Sequence record: PZ295659.1
Strand: one strand, 5' to 3'
DNA length: 64,000 nucleotides
DNA from: a phage
Of this stretch, positions 16,846-25,522 are shown one piece after another. Below the pieces are notes generated by a model. It saw only the letters and a list, made by a program, of their open reading frames with translations. It ran no database searches and was not told the origin of the DNA. The translations under genes and the position numbers were made by a program. Numbering within the stretch: the stretch's first letter is position 1; each line of letters starts with the position of its first letter.

Positions 16846-17127
16846 CTATTTTTCTGAAGCGCCCGAAATATATTTTTCAAGACGTTGTTTCATCAGCGAA
16901 CCGTTCTTGGCGATTTCTTCCGGTTTATCACACATACGCAACAAGGCTTCAAGCTTAACGATATCACTGGTACGTTCAAATTTGCGAGTATCTATCTTAC
17001 TAGCAAGTTCAGAAATACGTGCTAATAGACTTTCAGCTTCAACCAAAGCTGCACCTAGCTTAGTTGCAAATGTGTCAGTAGCTTCGTTAAGAATAGATTC
17101 TGATAAAAATTCACTATATGTTTTCAT
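16846..17127 (-). CDS. internal-protein-like ORF with capsid-targeting sequence
   Basis: ATG at 17127 gives [10 protein letters not shown]...; 93 aa. Confidence 0.5.
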   Translation of the reverse strand: MKTYSEFLSESILNEATDTFATKLGAALVEAESLLARISELASKIDTRKFERTSDIVKLEALLRMCDKPEEIAKNGSLMKQRLEKYISGASEK

Positions 17128-17612
17128 ATATACGCTTTCCAAGTTCCTGTTTTAAATGTTGAGATTACGCGTTTCGCACGATTAGGTGTCTGACGATACC
17201 ATTTAGATTGGGCTAGATTTACTGCCGCTTCGTCCCAACGTTTCTGTTGAAGCATACGAAGAGAATTAGTAAAACCAGCGACGCCTGCTACACCCATTTG
17301 GAAGACCATATTAACCAATGCACATCGACGAACTGCATCTAAAGAATCATATACCGGTTTAAGTTTAGCATTACCCAAGATTCCGCGAACGGCTTTATCA
17401 ACGTCTTCATTAAATAGCTTTTCGGCCTCATCAAGGGTAATTGTACCGTTGCATTTACGTCCGATCATTCTGTCAAGTTCAGCTTTAGCTACGGCTAAAG
17501 ACGGGTTCTTTGTTACTAAATGACCTATGCCAATCGTCCAAAAGCCTTCAGTGTCTTTGTATAAAGTCAGTCTAAGACCTTCGTCATTACGAAGCATTTC
17601 AAATATATTCAT
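17124..17612 (-). CDS. e: T4-type lysozyme (endolysin)
   Basis: [32 protein letters not shown]... strongly matches T4 lysozyme including catalytic Glu11, Asp20 and Thr26; track start at 17624 is GTG. Confidence 0.95.
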   Translation of the reverse strand: MNIFEMLRNDEGLRLTLYKDTEGFWTIGIGHLVTKNPSLAVAKAELDRMIGRKCNGTITLDEAEKLFNEDVDKAVRGILGNAKLKPVYDSLDAVRRCALVNMVFQMGVAGVAGFTNSLRMLQQKRWDEAAVNLAQSKWYRQTPNRAKRVISTFKTGTWKAYI

Positions 17613-17646
17613 AATACCTCCCACGTTTATAGGAGGTATTTATTAC
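17613..17646 (-). promoter_or_regulatory. inverted repeat sequestering the lysozyme SD, with a late-promoter-like AATAAATA inside the 5' arm region
   Basis: Minus strand AATACCTCC-TATAAACGTG-GGAGGTATT-ATG: 9-bp stem pairs the GGAGG SD; resembles the translational control described for T4 gene e. Confidence 0.55.
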
Positions 17647-18105
17647 TTATAGGATGGTAGTGAGCACCTTATATAATGATTTGCCCATTACATATTCCCA
17701 TTGAGAAGGTTTAATTAAAGCGAATGCATCAAATTCAGGAATCTGTCGTCCGTCTGGGAATGTATGATAGGAATTACAAACACTGTTTCTGAATTGCTCG
17801 TGCTCTACAGGGATGGTATATAGGAACAGATGAATATTCTTATTGTCTGAGTAATGATGTTCACCTAGGTCTTTCAGGAAGGCAGGGTCATATTGTGTAA
17901 ACCCAGTTTCTTCTTCGCATTCACGAATAGCGGCTTCGATAGGAGATTCACCGGGCTCGACACGACCTTTAGGAATATCCCACCGATGAGCTAAAGAACC
18001 TTTAGGACGAGAACCAGTTACACGCCCCATGAATAATTCTTTATCTTCGGTAAGGAAAATAATACCAGCTGATAGTTCTTTCACTTTATTTTTCTTACTC
18101 ATCAT
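17647..18105 (-). CDS. nudE: Nudix hydrolase
   Basis: Nudix box GRVEPGESPIEAAIRECEEETG; immediately follows e as in T4. Confidence 0.8.
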   Translation of the reverse strand: MMSKKNKVKELSAGIIFLTEDKELFMGRVTGSRPKGSLAHRWDIPKGRVEPGESPIEAAIRECEEETGFTQYDPAFLKDLGEHHYSDNKNIHLFLYTIPVEHEQFRNSVCNSYHTFPDGRQIPEFDAFALIKPSQWEYVMGKSLYKVLTTIL

Positions 18106-18593
18106 CTCAAATTCCTGCATTCGGTAATAAAACGTTCAACTTCATTATTCTTGGCCTTTATCTTGTCTTTATGTTCTTGTAAACTACTTTTAATAAGATT
18201 AATAATGATGGCGGCGGTACCGCCGCCAATGATGCCACCAACAACACTTATGATAATAGATACTAATAAGATAGCAATAATATCAACAAAACCGAAAGAA
18301 CTCACCTTAGTACTGAAAAACCATATAGATGGTACAAATATAATCCATCCTGTTATCCATTGGCACTTATTGAAAAACTTTTCAAGCTCAGCTTGAGTTG
18401 TTCGTATTACTTCATCAATAGGTTGATATCCATTAATGTATCTGTTCACGATAATACCTGCTGGCTGGTCGATTTTAAATTCTTGGCAAATACGTTTCAC
18501 TAAGTAGGATGGACAGGATGTCCAATCTACTGAATAGTATGAAATACCTTCATTGCCGTCGTCTATATTAGACCAATATGTTTTGTTAATCAT
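18102..18593 (-). CDS. hypothetical membrane protein
   Basis: 163 aa; hydrophobic segments WITGWIIFVPSIWFF and IIAILLVSIIISVVGGIIGGG. Confidence 0.45.
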   Translation of the reverse strand: MINKTYWSNIDDGNEGISYYSVDWTSCPSYLVKRICQEFKIDQPAGIIVNRYINGYQPIDEVIRTTQAELEKFFNKCQWITGWIIFVPSIWFFSTKVSSFGFVDIIAILLVSIIISVVGGIIGGGTAAIIINLIKSSLQEHKDKIKAKNNEVERFITECRNLR

Positions 18594-19279
18594 TACCAGC
18601 CTTCCATAGGGAATTCCAGATAAACTTGAGCATTGACACGAATTTCATTGGTAATCTTTTTAACTCGGTCTGTATTACGAGATACACGTCCGAACCAACG
18701 CCATCCATTACTAATTGCACGAGAACCAGTGTGCCATGTTTGCCAATCAAACTGAAGAAGAGTACGATCTGGAGCTTCCCATTTCTCTAGTTCACCTTTT
18801 TCAATTTTTTCGAGGACTTCTTTGTGCCACTGACGATAGATAAGTTCGCCATCAGGAATCTGACTGAACTCTGCAGTTCCTGTTGCAAAATGAGTAGGAC
18901 ACACATCAGCGTTAACAAGACCAAGAATATGTTCAGACAAATAGCGAGGATTGTCATAATCAGGTTGTCCTGCAGTAATAAAGTGCTGACCAACTGGAAT
19001 ATCTGGGCGTGGTACGTCATCATGGTGATATCCAGGAATAGCAGGATACCAACCAGGCATCAGCATGTGGACTCGTGAATCAAATACTACATCCGAGTCT
19101 TTCCAATTATCAGGAAGATTTTGGATAAAGCTACGAGTAATTGGGCCGCCATTATCAAAAGCAAAATTCAAATCACAGTTAAAGAACATAGGCTCGTTTT
19201 TAATCTGGTCGTTTTTAATCGCATGAGCAAAACCACCTACTGCACGAGCTTGGCTATTAAACACTTTAGAACTATTCAT
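18593..19279 (-). CDS. hypothetical protein
   Basis: 228-aa ORF, ATG start. Confidence 0.5.
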   Translation of the reverse strand: MNSSKVFNSQARAVGGFAHAIKNDQIKNEPMFFNCDLNFAFDNGGPITRSFIQNLPDNWKDSDVVFDSRVHMLMPGWYPAIPGYHHDDVPRPDIPVGQHFITAGQPDYDNPRYLSEHILGLVNADVCPTHFATGTAEFSQIPDGELIYRQWHKEVLEKIEKGELEKWEAPDRTLLQFDWQTWHTGSRAISNGWRWFGRVSRNTDRVKKITNEIRVNAQVYLEFPMEGW

Positions 19280-19280
19280 A

Positions 19281-19586
19281 TTATTTTCCTCGACATTCTT
19301 TAATGAAATTTTCTAGATTGGTAGATTCAATAGCTTTTTTACGAGCTTCTGCGTGTTCTTCTTCAGACAATTTACATTTATAATTGACCCAGACATTATG
19401 GTCGAAACTAGTCGTGGCATATAATAACAATGCTCCGACGAATAATAAAAACGGTGATAAGAATACAAAACCGGGAACACCATCCATATCGTAAGCCTTT
19501 TGTAATACTGCAACAGAAAGGGCTGCGTAAAAAGGTGATGCAAATATTGTTAAAAGACCAATTCGGTTGGTTTCGCCTAATTTCAT
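19281..19586 (-). CDS. hypothetical membrane protein (two hydrophobic helices)
   Basis: 101-aa ORF, SD GAGGAG upstream. Confidence 0.45.
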   Translation of the reverse strand: MKLGETNRIGLLTIFASPFYAALSVAVLQKAYDMDGVPGFVFLSPFLLFVGALLLYATTSFDHNVWVNYKCKLSEEEHAEARKKAIESTNLENFIKECRGK

Positions 19587-19604
19587 AATATTCTCCTCAT
19601 GTTT

Positions 19605-19644
19605 TAATAGGACTACTATAACATAATCCTATAATTGTGTAAAC
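19605..19644 (-). promoter_or_regulatory. early-promoter-like element with inverted repeat ATAGGA...TCCTAT flanking the -10
   Basis: gtaaac at 19639-19644; taggactactataacataatcctat. Confidence 0.45.
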
Positions 19645-19656
19645 AGTTTTGTGAAG

Positions 19657-20613
19657 TTATTTGAAAGGTTTCACCATATGAAAATTTTCTTTAAACCGTT
19701 TGATGTAATCATCATGTCCTAAGCTTTGGTACATACTTACTACTTTGCTGTAGTTTTCCCAGGCGTATTCACGGAACCAACCGGAGGTGATGCTTGTACA
19801 GACTTTTTCCAATGCCATCATGAAACTGGCTTCAGGATTAATTTTAAAGTCATTAGGAATCTGAGAACGTTCTAATGCTAGTACACATGATTCTTCATAT
19901 ACACCGGCCAATTTGACCATTTCTGGTAAAGATTCGAACTTCTCGCGTGAGGTCATGACTTCAGAACCGTCTTTCATATAAAATGTATATGCTGGACGGT
20001 CTGTTAGTGCAATGGCTTCATGAATAGTATCATGGTCATATGTATAGATGTCATCTTTAAAGAACGCACTTTTAGAAGTGTCAAGAACTGGGTGAGCATA
20101 GTTCAAGGTTTCTTTCTGGCGTTTCAGCATAATTTCAGTAAGTTCATCGTTCAGTGTAACACCTTTACCACGAAGATACTGAATATGGTTCATAGTCTTT
20201 AAAAAGAATGGATTATTTTTCTTGAAACGATGAGACATCTTAATTGCAAGACATATCTCAGGAGTTGCCCAGTAAAACCCGTTCAAACGGTCTTTAGTCA
20301 AATTTTTCTTGGCGTATTTTAAAAGGTCATAAGAAGACGTGAAATCTTCAGGAGTGAGTTCACCGACTAATTCACGGACATTAGTGATTGCCGGAACAAT
20401 ATATGCTTCAAAATGAGTTTCGCGTCCATTATGGAAGCATTTGAAAACTTGGACATCAGGGTTATCTTGATGAACATATACACCCATCATTTGATTTTTG
20501 AACACATTCCAAGAACATTGGTCCGCAATAAAGTCCCAATCACTATTTTTGATAGCACTAGAATCAATAAGACCGTGATAGTGAAGTGCACGAGAACCAA
20601 TAACTAACATCAT
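19657..20613 (-). CDS. hypothetical protein
   Basis: 318-aa ORF, ATG start. Confidence 0.5.
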   Translation of the reverse strand: MMLVIGSRALHYHGLIDSSAIKNSDWDFIADQCSWNVFKNQMMGVYVHQDNPDVQVFKCFHNGRETHFEAYIVPAITNVRELVGELTPEDFTSSYDLLKYAKKNLTKDRLNGFYWATPEICLAIKMSHRFKKNNPFFLKTMNHIQYLRGKGVTLNDELTEIMLKRQKETLNYAHPVLDTSKSAFFKDDIYTYDHDTIHEAIALTDRPAYTFYMKDGSEVMTSREKFESLPEMVKLAGVYEESCVLALERSQIPNDFKINPEASFMMALEKVCTSITSGWFREYAWENYSKVVSMYQSLGHDDYIKRFKENFHMVKPFK

Positions 20614-20641
20614 AATATTTTCCTCGGATTAATTCATTAAC

Positions 20642-20893
20642 TTAAATTTCACGACATGCGGTATCATATTCATCCCAGAGGTCATCGTGTGAAGCCTCTA
20701 CCAATGGAACGATTGTACCATTTATATCTTCATTATAAGGACAAATTGTACAATGTGCATCTTCGAATCGGATGCCTTTGTGTTCAGATTTTTTATAACG
20801 CATATCGAATATCTTTGCAAACTTTTCACGAGTAATGGTTTTAGCAACCACTTCGGTTCTAATACTTTCGTAATAAATCATTGTGGGCTCCAT
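20642..20893 (-). CDS. hypothetical small protein
   Basis: 83-aa ORF. Confidence 0.45.
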   Translation of the reverse strand: MEPTMIYYESIRTEVVAKTITREKFAKIFDMRYKKSEHKGIRFEDAHCTICPYNEDINGTIVPLVEASHDDLWDEYDTACREI

Positions 20894-20900
20894 TTAATTT

Positions 20901-20940
20901 GATAGGACTACTATAACATAGCCCTATCTTGTTGTAAACT
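20901..20940 (-). promoter_or_regulatory. early-promoter-like element with palindrome GATAGGACTA...TAGCCCTATC around the -10
   Basis: gtaaac at 20934-20939. Confidence 0.45.
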
Positions 20941-20944
20941 GTTT

Positions 20945-21142
20945 TTAGCAAGAATAACTAGATGATACCCAGCCTTGAACAGTAATACTATTATTTGATA
21001 CCGAGATTGCGTTCTGGAGATTCAGACCTGCGTTATCTTCAATCCATAATGTAACTTCTTCGCGTTCTTCTGTTGCAATTTGGAACAGGTTTTCCAGGGC
21101 AGCTACTGCCGTACGTACAGCACAATCTAATTCACGAGACAT
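20945..21142 (-). CDS. hypothetical small protein, member of a tandem paralog trio (C-terminal GWVSSSxxC)
   Basis: Ends QGWVSSSYSC. Confidence 0.4.
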   Translation of the reverse strand: MSRELDCAVRTAVAALENLFQIATEEREEVTLWIEDNAGLNLQNAISVSNNSITVQGWVSSSYSC

Positions 21143-21151
21143 ATGATTTCC

Positions 21152-21424
21152 TTAACAAGTGTGAGAAGATGCAATCCAACCACCGGTTTCGAGGCTTAGG
21201 TTGTAGTCGTATTGGTAAACGTCAGCCCATTCAGCATAGCCGTTTTTTGTACAACGTTCAAGGTCGGCTTTAAGCTGTCCGGGTGAATGATAGGTTCCAC
21301 CCATACCATAAGCTGGATACAAGTCGAATGTTGTGTTTTGTTTATCAGCAATTTCTTTGGCGGCCTCAATAGCTGCATAGATTTTTGCTACAGCTTCAGC
21401 CAGTTCGGTTTGTTCTTTAGACAT
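21152..21424 (-). CDS. hypothetical small protein, tandem paralog (C-terminal GWIASSHTC)
   Basis: Shares YGxGxTYxxPG and the C-terminal motif with 21434-21739. Confidence 0.45.
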   Translation of the reverse strand: MSKEQTELAEAVAKIYAAIEAAKEIADKQNTTFDLYPAYGMGGTYHSPGQLKADLERCTKNGYAEWADVYQYDYNLSLETGGWIASSHTC

Positions 21425-21433
21425 AGTGATTCC

Positions 21434-21739
21434 TTAGCACAACGCAGAAGACGAAACCCAAGCACCTTCAGTAATAACGTAACCATTACCTTCACGCTTA
21501 ACATCGCCACCATTATTTTCAATTTCATTTTTCATCCACTGGGATACGATTTCACCCTTAGGATAATAAGTACGACCGCTACCATAATCACCTACAGAAA
21601 ATGATACGGCATATTGGTCTGCGATCTTTGTTGCTTCTTCTTCGATACGTTCAGCTTGATTCAGAAGTTTATAAATTGCATCTGAAGCGGATTTGGCATC
21701 ATTAAACTCTGGTACTTTAATTTCAATAATCTTACTCAT
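21434..21739 (-). CDS. hypothetical small protein, tandem paralog (C-terminal AWVSSSALC)
   Basis: 101 aa, see neighbours. Confidence 0.45.
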   Translation of the reverse strand: MSKIIEIKVPEFNDAKSASDAIYKLLNQAERIEEEATKIADQYAVSFSVGDYGSGRTYYPKGEIVSQWMKNEIENNGGDVKREGNGYVITEGAWVSSSALC

Positions 21740-22095
21740 TTTCTACATTCCTTAATAAAGTTTTTGATTGTTTCATTTTCACGTCTAGATAAGAGTTCAT
21801 TATAACTAATCATTTGAGAAGCGTAAACCTTTTTATTTTTCTTGTTATGGTTTATAAAATCGTAGTAAAAATAGACTACAGTACAAAATGATGCGATGGA
21901 TGCAAAGGCTTGGGTATACCGTAAGTCCTGCCATTGGTCTGTGAATCCACCAGTGTTCCCTATAAATCCTAACACAACGCCGTCAATAAGAAATCCAACT
22001 AATCCAAAGGCAAATCCCATGCCAATACTCATAATAAAAATTAGAATGTTCTCACCAAGAGAAGGCCATACGGTTAAGAGTTCAGGCTTTTGCAT
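21736..22095 (-). CDS. hypothetical membrane protein
   Basis: 119 aa, multiple hydrophobic helices. Confidence 0.45.
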   Translation of the reverse strand: MQKPELLTVWPSLGENILIFIMSIGMGFAFGLVGFLIDGVVLGFIGNTGGFTDQWQDLRYTQAFASIASFCTVVYFYYDFINHNKKNKKVYASQMISYNELLSRRENETIKNFIKECRK

Positions 22096-22469
22096 CTTAT
22101 CTCCTTAACGAATTCCATGGCTTCTTCATATTCATACTTTTTAACAGCTTCATCATACTGAGCTTGGGCTTTTGCGCACTGAACTTTCCATTCTCTTAAT
22201 CGGGCTCTGTGATGACGGCCTTGGTACCAATATCCCACCCAGTTAATAGGCATTAATAAAAACGGTACAATAAGTGGTGCGACGAACATTAATGAAAATG
22301 CTGCATCAGACGATATAACTTCACTAGAATCTAAAACAGCTCCTATAATCATAAAGATTAAAAATGCTAAAGCTAAAATAGGGCCAAATAGTACTTCGTT
22401 TGGGATTAATTTACGTTTGTATTCATACGCCCAGGGCTTAATTGGCATGTATAGGGTTGGCTTTGACAT
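22074..22469 (-). CDS. hypothetical membrane protein
   Basis: Track start is TTG; ATG at 22469 lies just after the upstream ECR-motif codons. Confidence 0.4.
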   Translation of the reverse strand: MSKPTLYMPIKPWAYEYKRKLIPNEVLFGPILALAFLIFMIIGAVLDSSEVISSDAAFSLMFVAPLIVPFLLMPINWVGYWYQGRHHRARLREWKVQCAKAQAQYDEAVKKYEYEEAMEFVKEIRCKSLNS

Positions 22470-23034
22470 ATTCTCTACATTCCATAATAAATTGCTCAAG
22501 GATTAAATTGTTAGTGAAATTAGGACTAACAACCATGGTTTCATAAAGCGCATCAATAGCACTTAAAGCATCAACTCTTTTAAGCAAAGGCTTGCCTTCA
22601 TACATAGTTTCAGAATCGACGATTAACGTAAAGTAATATTTTTTATTATTGACCAGAACTTCTGTATCAATATAAAACATGTTAGATCTTAAAAGCTTGT
22701 CTCTAAAACCATAATAATCTTCAGAGCGTTCGCTGATATATTCCCATTCAGTGTTTAAACAACAAACAGACCACGTAGGAGCAACGAAATCAGTGAATCT
22801 AATATCATGGTCTGCAACTAGTTTAGCAATAGCTCCGATATCATGAATCATAATACCTGGGGCTAATAAAGATTTTCGGTTATTTGCATATTCAGTTGTC
22901 TCATAAGAAGACGACCAGTACCATTTACGTCCAGTTGCAACATATCGTAATGAATCAACTAAAGACGTAGGTGGATTTACCTTATTTCGGAACTCTTCGA
23001 ACATTGAGTCAATATCATTATTTTGGTTTCGCAT
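22438..23034 (-). CDS. hypothetical protein
   Basis: Track start is TTG inside the upstream terminator; ATG at 23034 preferred. Confidence 0.45.
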   Translation of the reverse strand: MRNQNNDIDSMFEEFRNKVNPPTSLVDSLRYVATGRKWYWSSSYETTEYANNRKSLLAPGIMIHDIGAIAKLVADHDIRFTDFVAPTWSVCCLNTEWEYISERSEDYYGFRDKLLRSNMFYIDTEVLVNNKKYYFTLIVDSETMYEGKPLLKRVDALSAIDALYETMVVSPNFTNNLILEQFIMECREYVKANPIHAN

Positions 23035-23049
23035 GTTAACTCCTTTATT

Positions 23050-23075
23050 ATCCAAAAGGAGGACCGGAGTCCTCC
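23050..23075 (-). terminator. rho-independent terminator (GGAGGAC-UCCG-GUCCUCC + UUUUGG)
   Basis: 7-bp GC-rich stem at 23058-23075 followed on the minus strand by a T-run; downstream of 23084-23677. Confidence 0.6.
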
Positions 23076-23083
23076 GTATTATT

Positions 23084-23677
23084 TTATTTCAAAGAGTTAA
23101 TATATTCTTGTACATCAGCAGAAGTGGTTTCGACACCAGCTGGAGTGCCATTGAACGTTTCAACACGAGTCAGAGTGTCTTCGATATCAACCTTAGTTAG
23201 TGCAGCGATTTCAATTACATCATCAGCCGTAGAGATACCAAGGGCATTGGCTGCTCGAGTTTCACGAATGTATTCGAGTTTGATTGCCAGATTCTGACGA
23301 GCATCGTCAAGTTCAACCACCTTACGAGCAATTTCAATTCGCATAGCGGCATACCCGTCAGCTTTTGTATTAAGTTGTTCGGCAGTTCGACGATACAGAA
23401 GACCAAGCTTAGCATGCATGGTAACATCTTGTCCTTCAGCCAGGAGCTTACGAATTTCACGTTCCTTAGAAGCGGCTTGCTTATTCTTTTCAATAACAAG
23501 TTCGCGAATACGTTTTTCTTCATTAATAGATTTAACAGAAGCCGTTTTTAGTTCTTTGATTTGGGTAATCAACTTATCTGCAGCTGCGTTATACTGTTCT
23601 TCAACAGTCAGATTTTTAGCCATAGCAGTACCCAGTTTAGTGCGGATGAATTCAACAAGTTTCTTCAGTGTGTTCAT
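23084..23677 (-). CDS. hypothetical coiled-coil protein
   Basis: Track start is TTG; ATG at 23677 (MNTLKK...); long heptad-like K/E/R-rich helices. Confidence 0.5.
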   Translation of the reverse strand: MNTLKKLVEFIRTKLGTAMAKNLTVEEQYNAAADKLITQIKELKTASVKSINEEKRIRELVIEKNKQAASKEREIRKLLAEGQDVTMHAKLGLLYRRTAEQLNTKADGYAAMRIEIARKVVELDDARQNLAIKLEYIRETRAANALGISTADDVIEIAALTKVDIEDTLTRVETFNGTPAGVETTSADVQEYINSLK

Positions 23678-23747
23678 ATTATTACCTTTCAATTGGTGGT
23701 TTATTATCCAATGAGAGCATTATACTCTGCTCTCAAGAGTTTGTAAA

Positions 23748-23975
23748 TTATTTTTTAATCAAATTGACATAAAACTTGGCGTCTTCCGGATGCATGCCTT
23801 CACAGTATTCTTCAACCATGAACTTCTTAACGGCTTCATAAGGACCACTCAGATTAAGCTCAGTTGTCCAGAACTTGGAATCTTGGACTGAATCGATACG
23901 AACTTCAGGGTGACGGTTGCGAATAACTTCTTCAGTGTATTCATAATCAACGACATCAATACTAACTGTAGCCAT
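23748..23975 (-). CDS. hypothetical small protein
   Basis: 75-aa ORF with promoter-like element upstream. Confidence 0.45.
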   Translation of the reverse strand: MATVSIDVVDYEYTEEVIRNRHPEVRIDSVQDSKFWTTELNLSGPYEAVKKFMVEEYCEGMHPEDAKFYVNLIKK

Positions 23976-23984
23976 TTTGTTTCT

Positions 23985-24034
23985 CCTCTGTAGTTGATAA
24001 GTCTATAGTATCACCATCCTTGGTGCTTGTACAT
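23985..24034 (-). promoter_or_regulatory. early/middle promoter-like element (near-duplicate of the element at 60590-60638)
   Basis: ctcctctgtagttgataagtctatagtatcac shared almost verbatim with 60590-60625. Confidence 0.4.
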
Positions 24035-24042
24035 CATTATTT

Positions 24043-24375
24043 TTAATTTTTCCAACTTAACAACTTGTAGTGCCCTTCATTCGTACGAGGTTTATCCCAA
24101 GAAATACTAATATATGATTCACTGTCAATAGAAGTCGCCGGGTTTTTCTCTACCGTAAGACCTTCACTTTCCAGCCATTCAATAGTATTTGCGCATAAAT
24201 CAGAAGAACACCTCATCGGAAACCTGCAAGATTTTTCACCTTTAGCTGCAGTGTTATACATCTTTTCTAAAATACGCTTTTGCACGTTTTTAAAAATAGT
24301 TTCAGCGGATTCTTCAGATTTTTTATTCAGTTCAGTATAAAGACTCATAACATTCTTCTCATTAATAGGGCTCAT
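24043..24375 (-). CDS. hypothetical protein
   Basis: 110-aa ORF. Confidence 0.45.
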   Translation of the reverse strand: MSPINEKNVMSLYTELNKKSEESAETIFKNVQKRILEKMYNTAAKGEKSCRFPMRCSSDLCANTIEWLESEGLTVEKNPATSIDSESYISISWDKPRTNEGHYKLLSWKN

Positions 24376-24405
24376 AATATCTCAATCATAAGCCCATGTA
24401 AACAA

Positions 24406-24669
24406 TTATTTCATATTATTGAAATAATCTTCCGCATCAAAATCGTTATCATGGTAAACTTTGGTAGACGATTTGGCGTAGCCTTCAGCCGAGAACATAT
24501 TAATCACAACTTTAATTGTATACCACTGTCCGTCTTCATTACCCATTACTGCATAGGTTTCATACACAGGGTGTTCAGGACCGATAACTTTAATATCATT
24601 CACCGTACGTCCGAAATCTTCTGGAACGCATTTCATAAAGAAGTTGAACAGTTCACCGTAATTATCCAT
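24406..24669 (-). CDS. hypothetical protein
   Basis: Start moved to ATG 24669 (MDNYGELF...) with GGAG SD; longer track ORF overlaps promoter element. Confidence 0.45.
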   Translation of the reverse strand: MDNYGELFNFFMKCVPEDFGRTVNDIKVIGPEHPVYETYAVMGNEDGQWYTIKVVINMFSAEGYAKSSTKVYHDNDFDAEDYFNNMK

Positions 24670-24699
24670 TTCATTCTCCAAGTTTTTCTGTATCGGTAG

Positions 24700-24740
24700 T
24701 TGATAGTTGTATAGTACCACAGAAGAACAGGGATGTAAAC
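24700..24740 (-). promoter_or_regulatory. early-promoter-like element
   Basis: gtaaac at 24735-24740 and -10-like tatagtacc. Confidence 0.35.
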
Positions 24741-24807
24741 AGTTTTGTGAAAAAATTTTTAAAAAGTTTTGTGGAATTCTAGGACATGGAGAGGAAAGGC
24801 CTAGATA

Positions 24808-24835
24808 CCAAAAAGCCCTATCTAAATGATAGGGC
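24808..24835 (-). terminator. rho-independent terminator (AGCCCUAUC-loop-GAUAGGGCU + U-run) downstream of the IP-like gene
   Basis: 9-bp perfect stem 24813-24835, T-run on minus strand. Confidence 0.6.
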
Positions 24836-24840
24836 TAAAA

Positions 24841-25404
24841 TTATTTACCTAGTTTAGTTATTATAGCTTCGGCAGCAGCTTTTAGCTTAGATGCAGTGTT
24901 AATACGATTTTTAATTTCAGTATACGCATCGCCAAGAACATCAAGGCTATCAGAATAAACACTTACACTATTGCGTTCGCTATTTGAAATAGAACCTTTA
25001 GTTTTACGATCAAAATCAGTGTACACGTCTTGAAGATCACGGGCTGCCTTCTTTGCATCATCCAATGCATCAAGAGCTTTATTCAAAGCATTGACATATT
25101 TTTTAGTGTCAAACATATTCTTAGAAATTTTAACAGGTGCACGTTCAGGAGTAGCTAAGGCGGATTTAGGAACCTGCGTGCCAGATGCCAGTTTCTTAGA
25201 AATTTTGAAAAACGCTTTATTGAAACTATTTTCTTGACTCATCGTAAAAGAACTAGTATCGATGTTATACATTTCAATAGCTTTAGCTTTCCACTTAAGA
25301 AAATCGCCACGGTCTTTTGGATCCAAGTGGAAGAATACTTTAGTAAGATCTGCTTCAGATGGTAATTTTGCTGCTTCTGTTAAAAATTCGGCATAGGTTT
25401 TCAT
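24841..25404 (-). CDS. internal-protein-like ORF with capsid-targeting sequence
   Basis: N-terminus MKTYAEFLTE; 187 aa. Confidence 0.5.
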   Translation of the reverse strand: MKTYAEFLTEAAKLPSEADLTKVFFHLDPKDRGDFLKWKAKAIEMYNIDTSSFTMSQENSFNKAFFKISKKLASGTQVPKSALATPERAPVKISKNMFDTKKYVNALNKALDALDDAKKAARDLQDVYTDFDRKTKGSISNSERNSVSVYSDSLDVLGDAYTEIKNRINTASKLKAAAEAIITKLGK

Positions 25405-25489
25405 TTAAAATCCTTGAAATAATTTATCGGTTTGTTATTAATTATTTATTACTTTGGTATTATTAGTAACAGCATTCTCTGAGTGATTC

Positions 25490-25522
25490 AAACTAAAAAG
25501 CCCCAACCTTTCGGAAGGGGCT
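25490..25522 (-). terminator. rho-independent terminator, same hairpin as at 9395-9416
   Basis: AGCCCCAACCTTTCGGAAGGGGCT followed on the minus strand by TTTTT. Confidence 0.7.

Noticed and set aside
19657-20613. Second nucleotidyltransferase-fold protein
   Set aside because: A GS...DWD stretch is present, but the 17-residue spacing and context do not fit the NTase signature convincingly; left as hypothetical.
23084-23677. PspA/IM30-like phage shock protein homolog
   Set aside because: Only generic coiled-coil composition is shared; no specific motif supports it.
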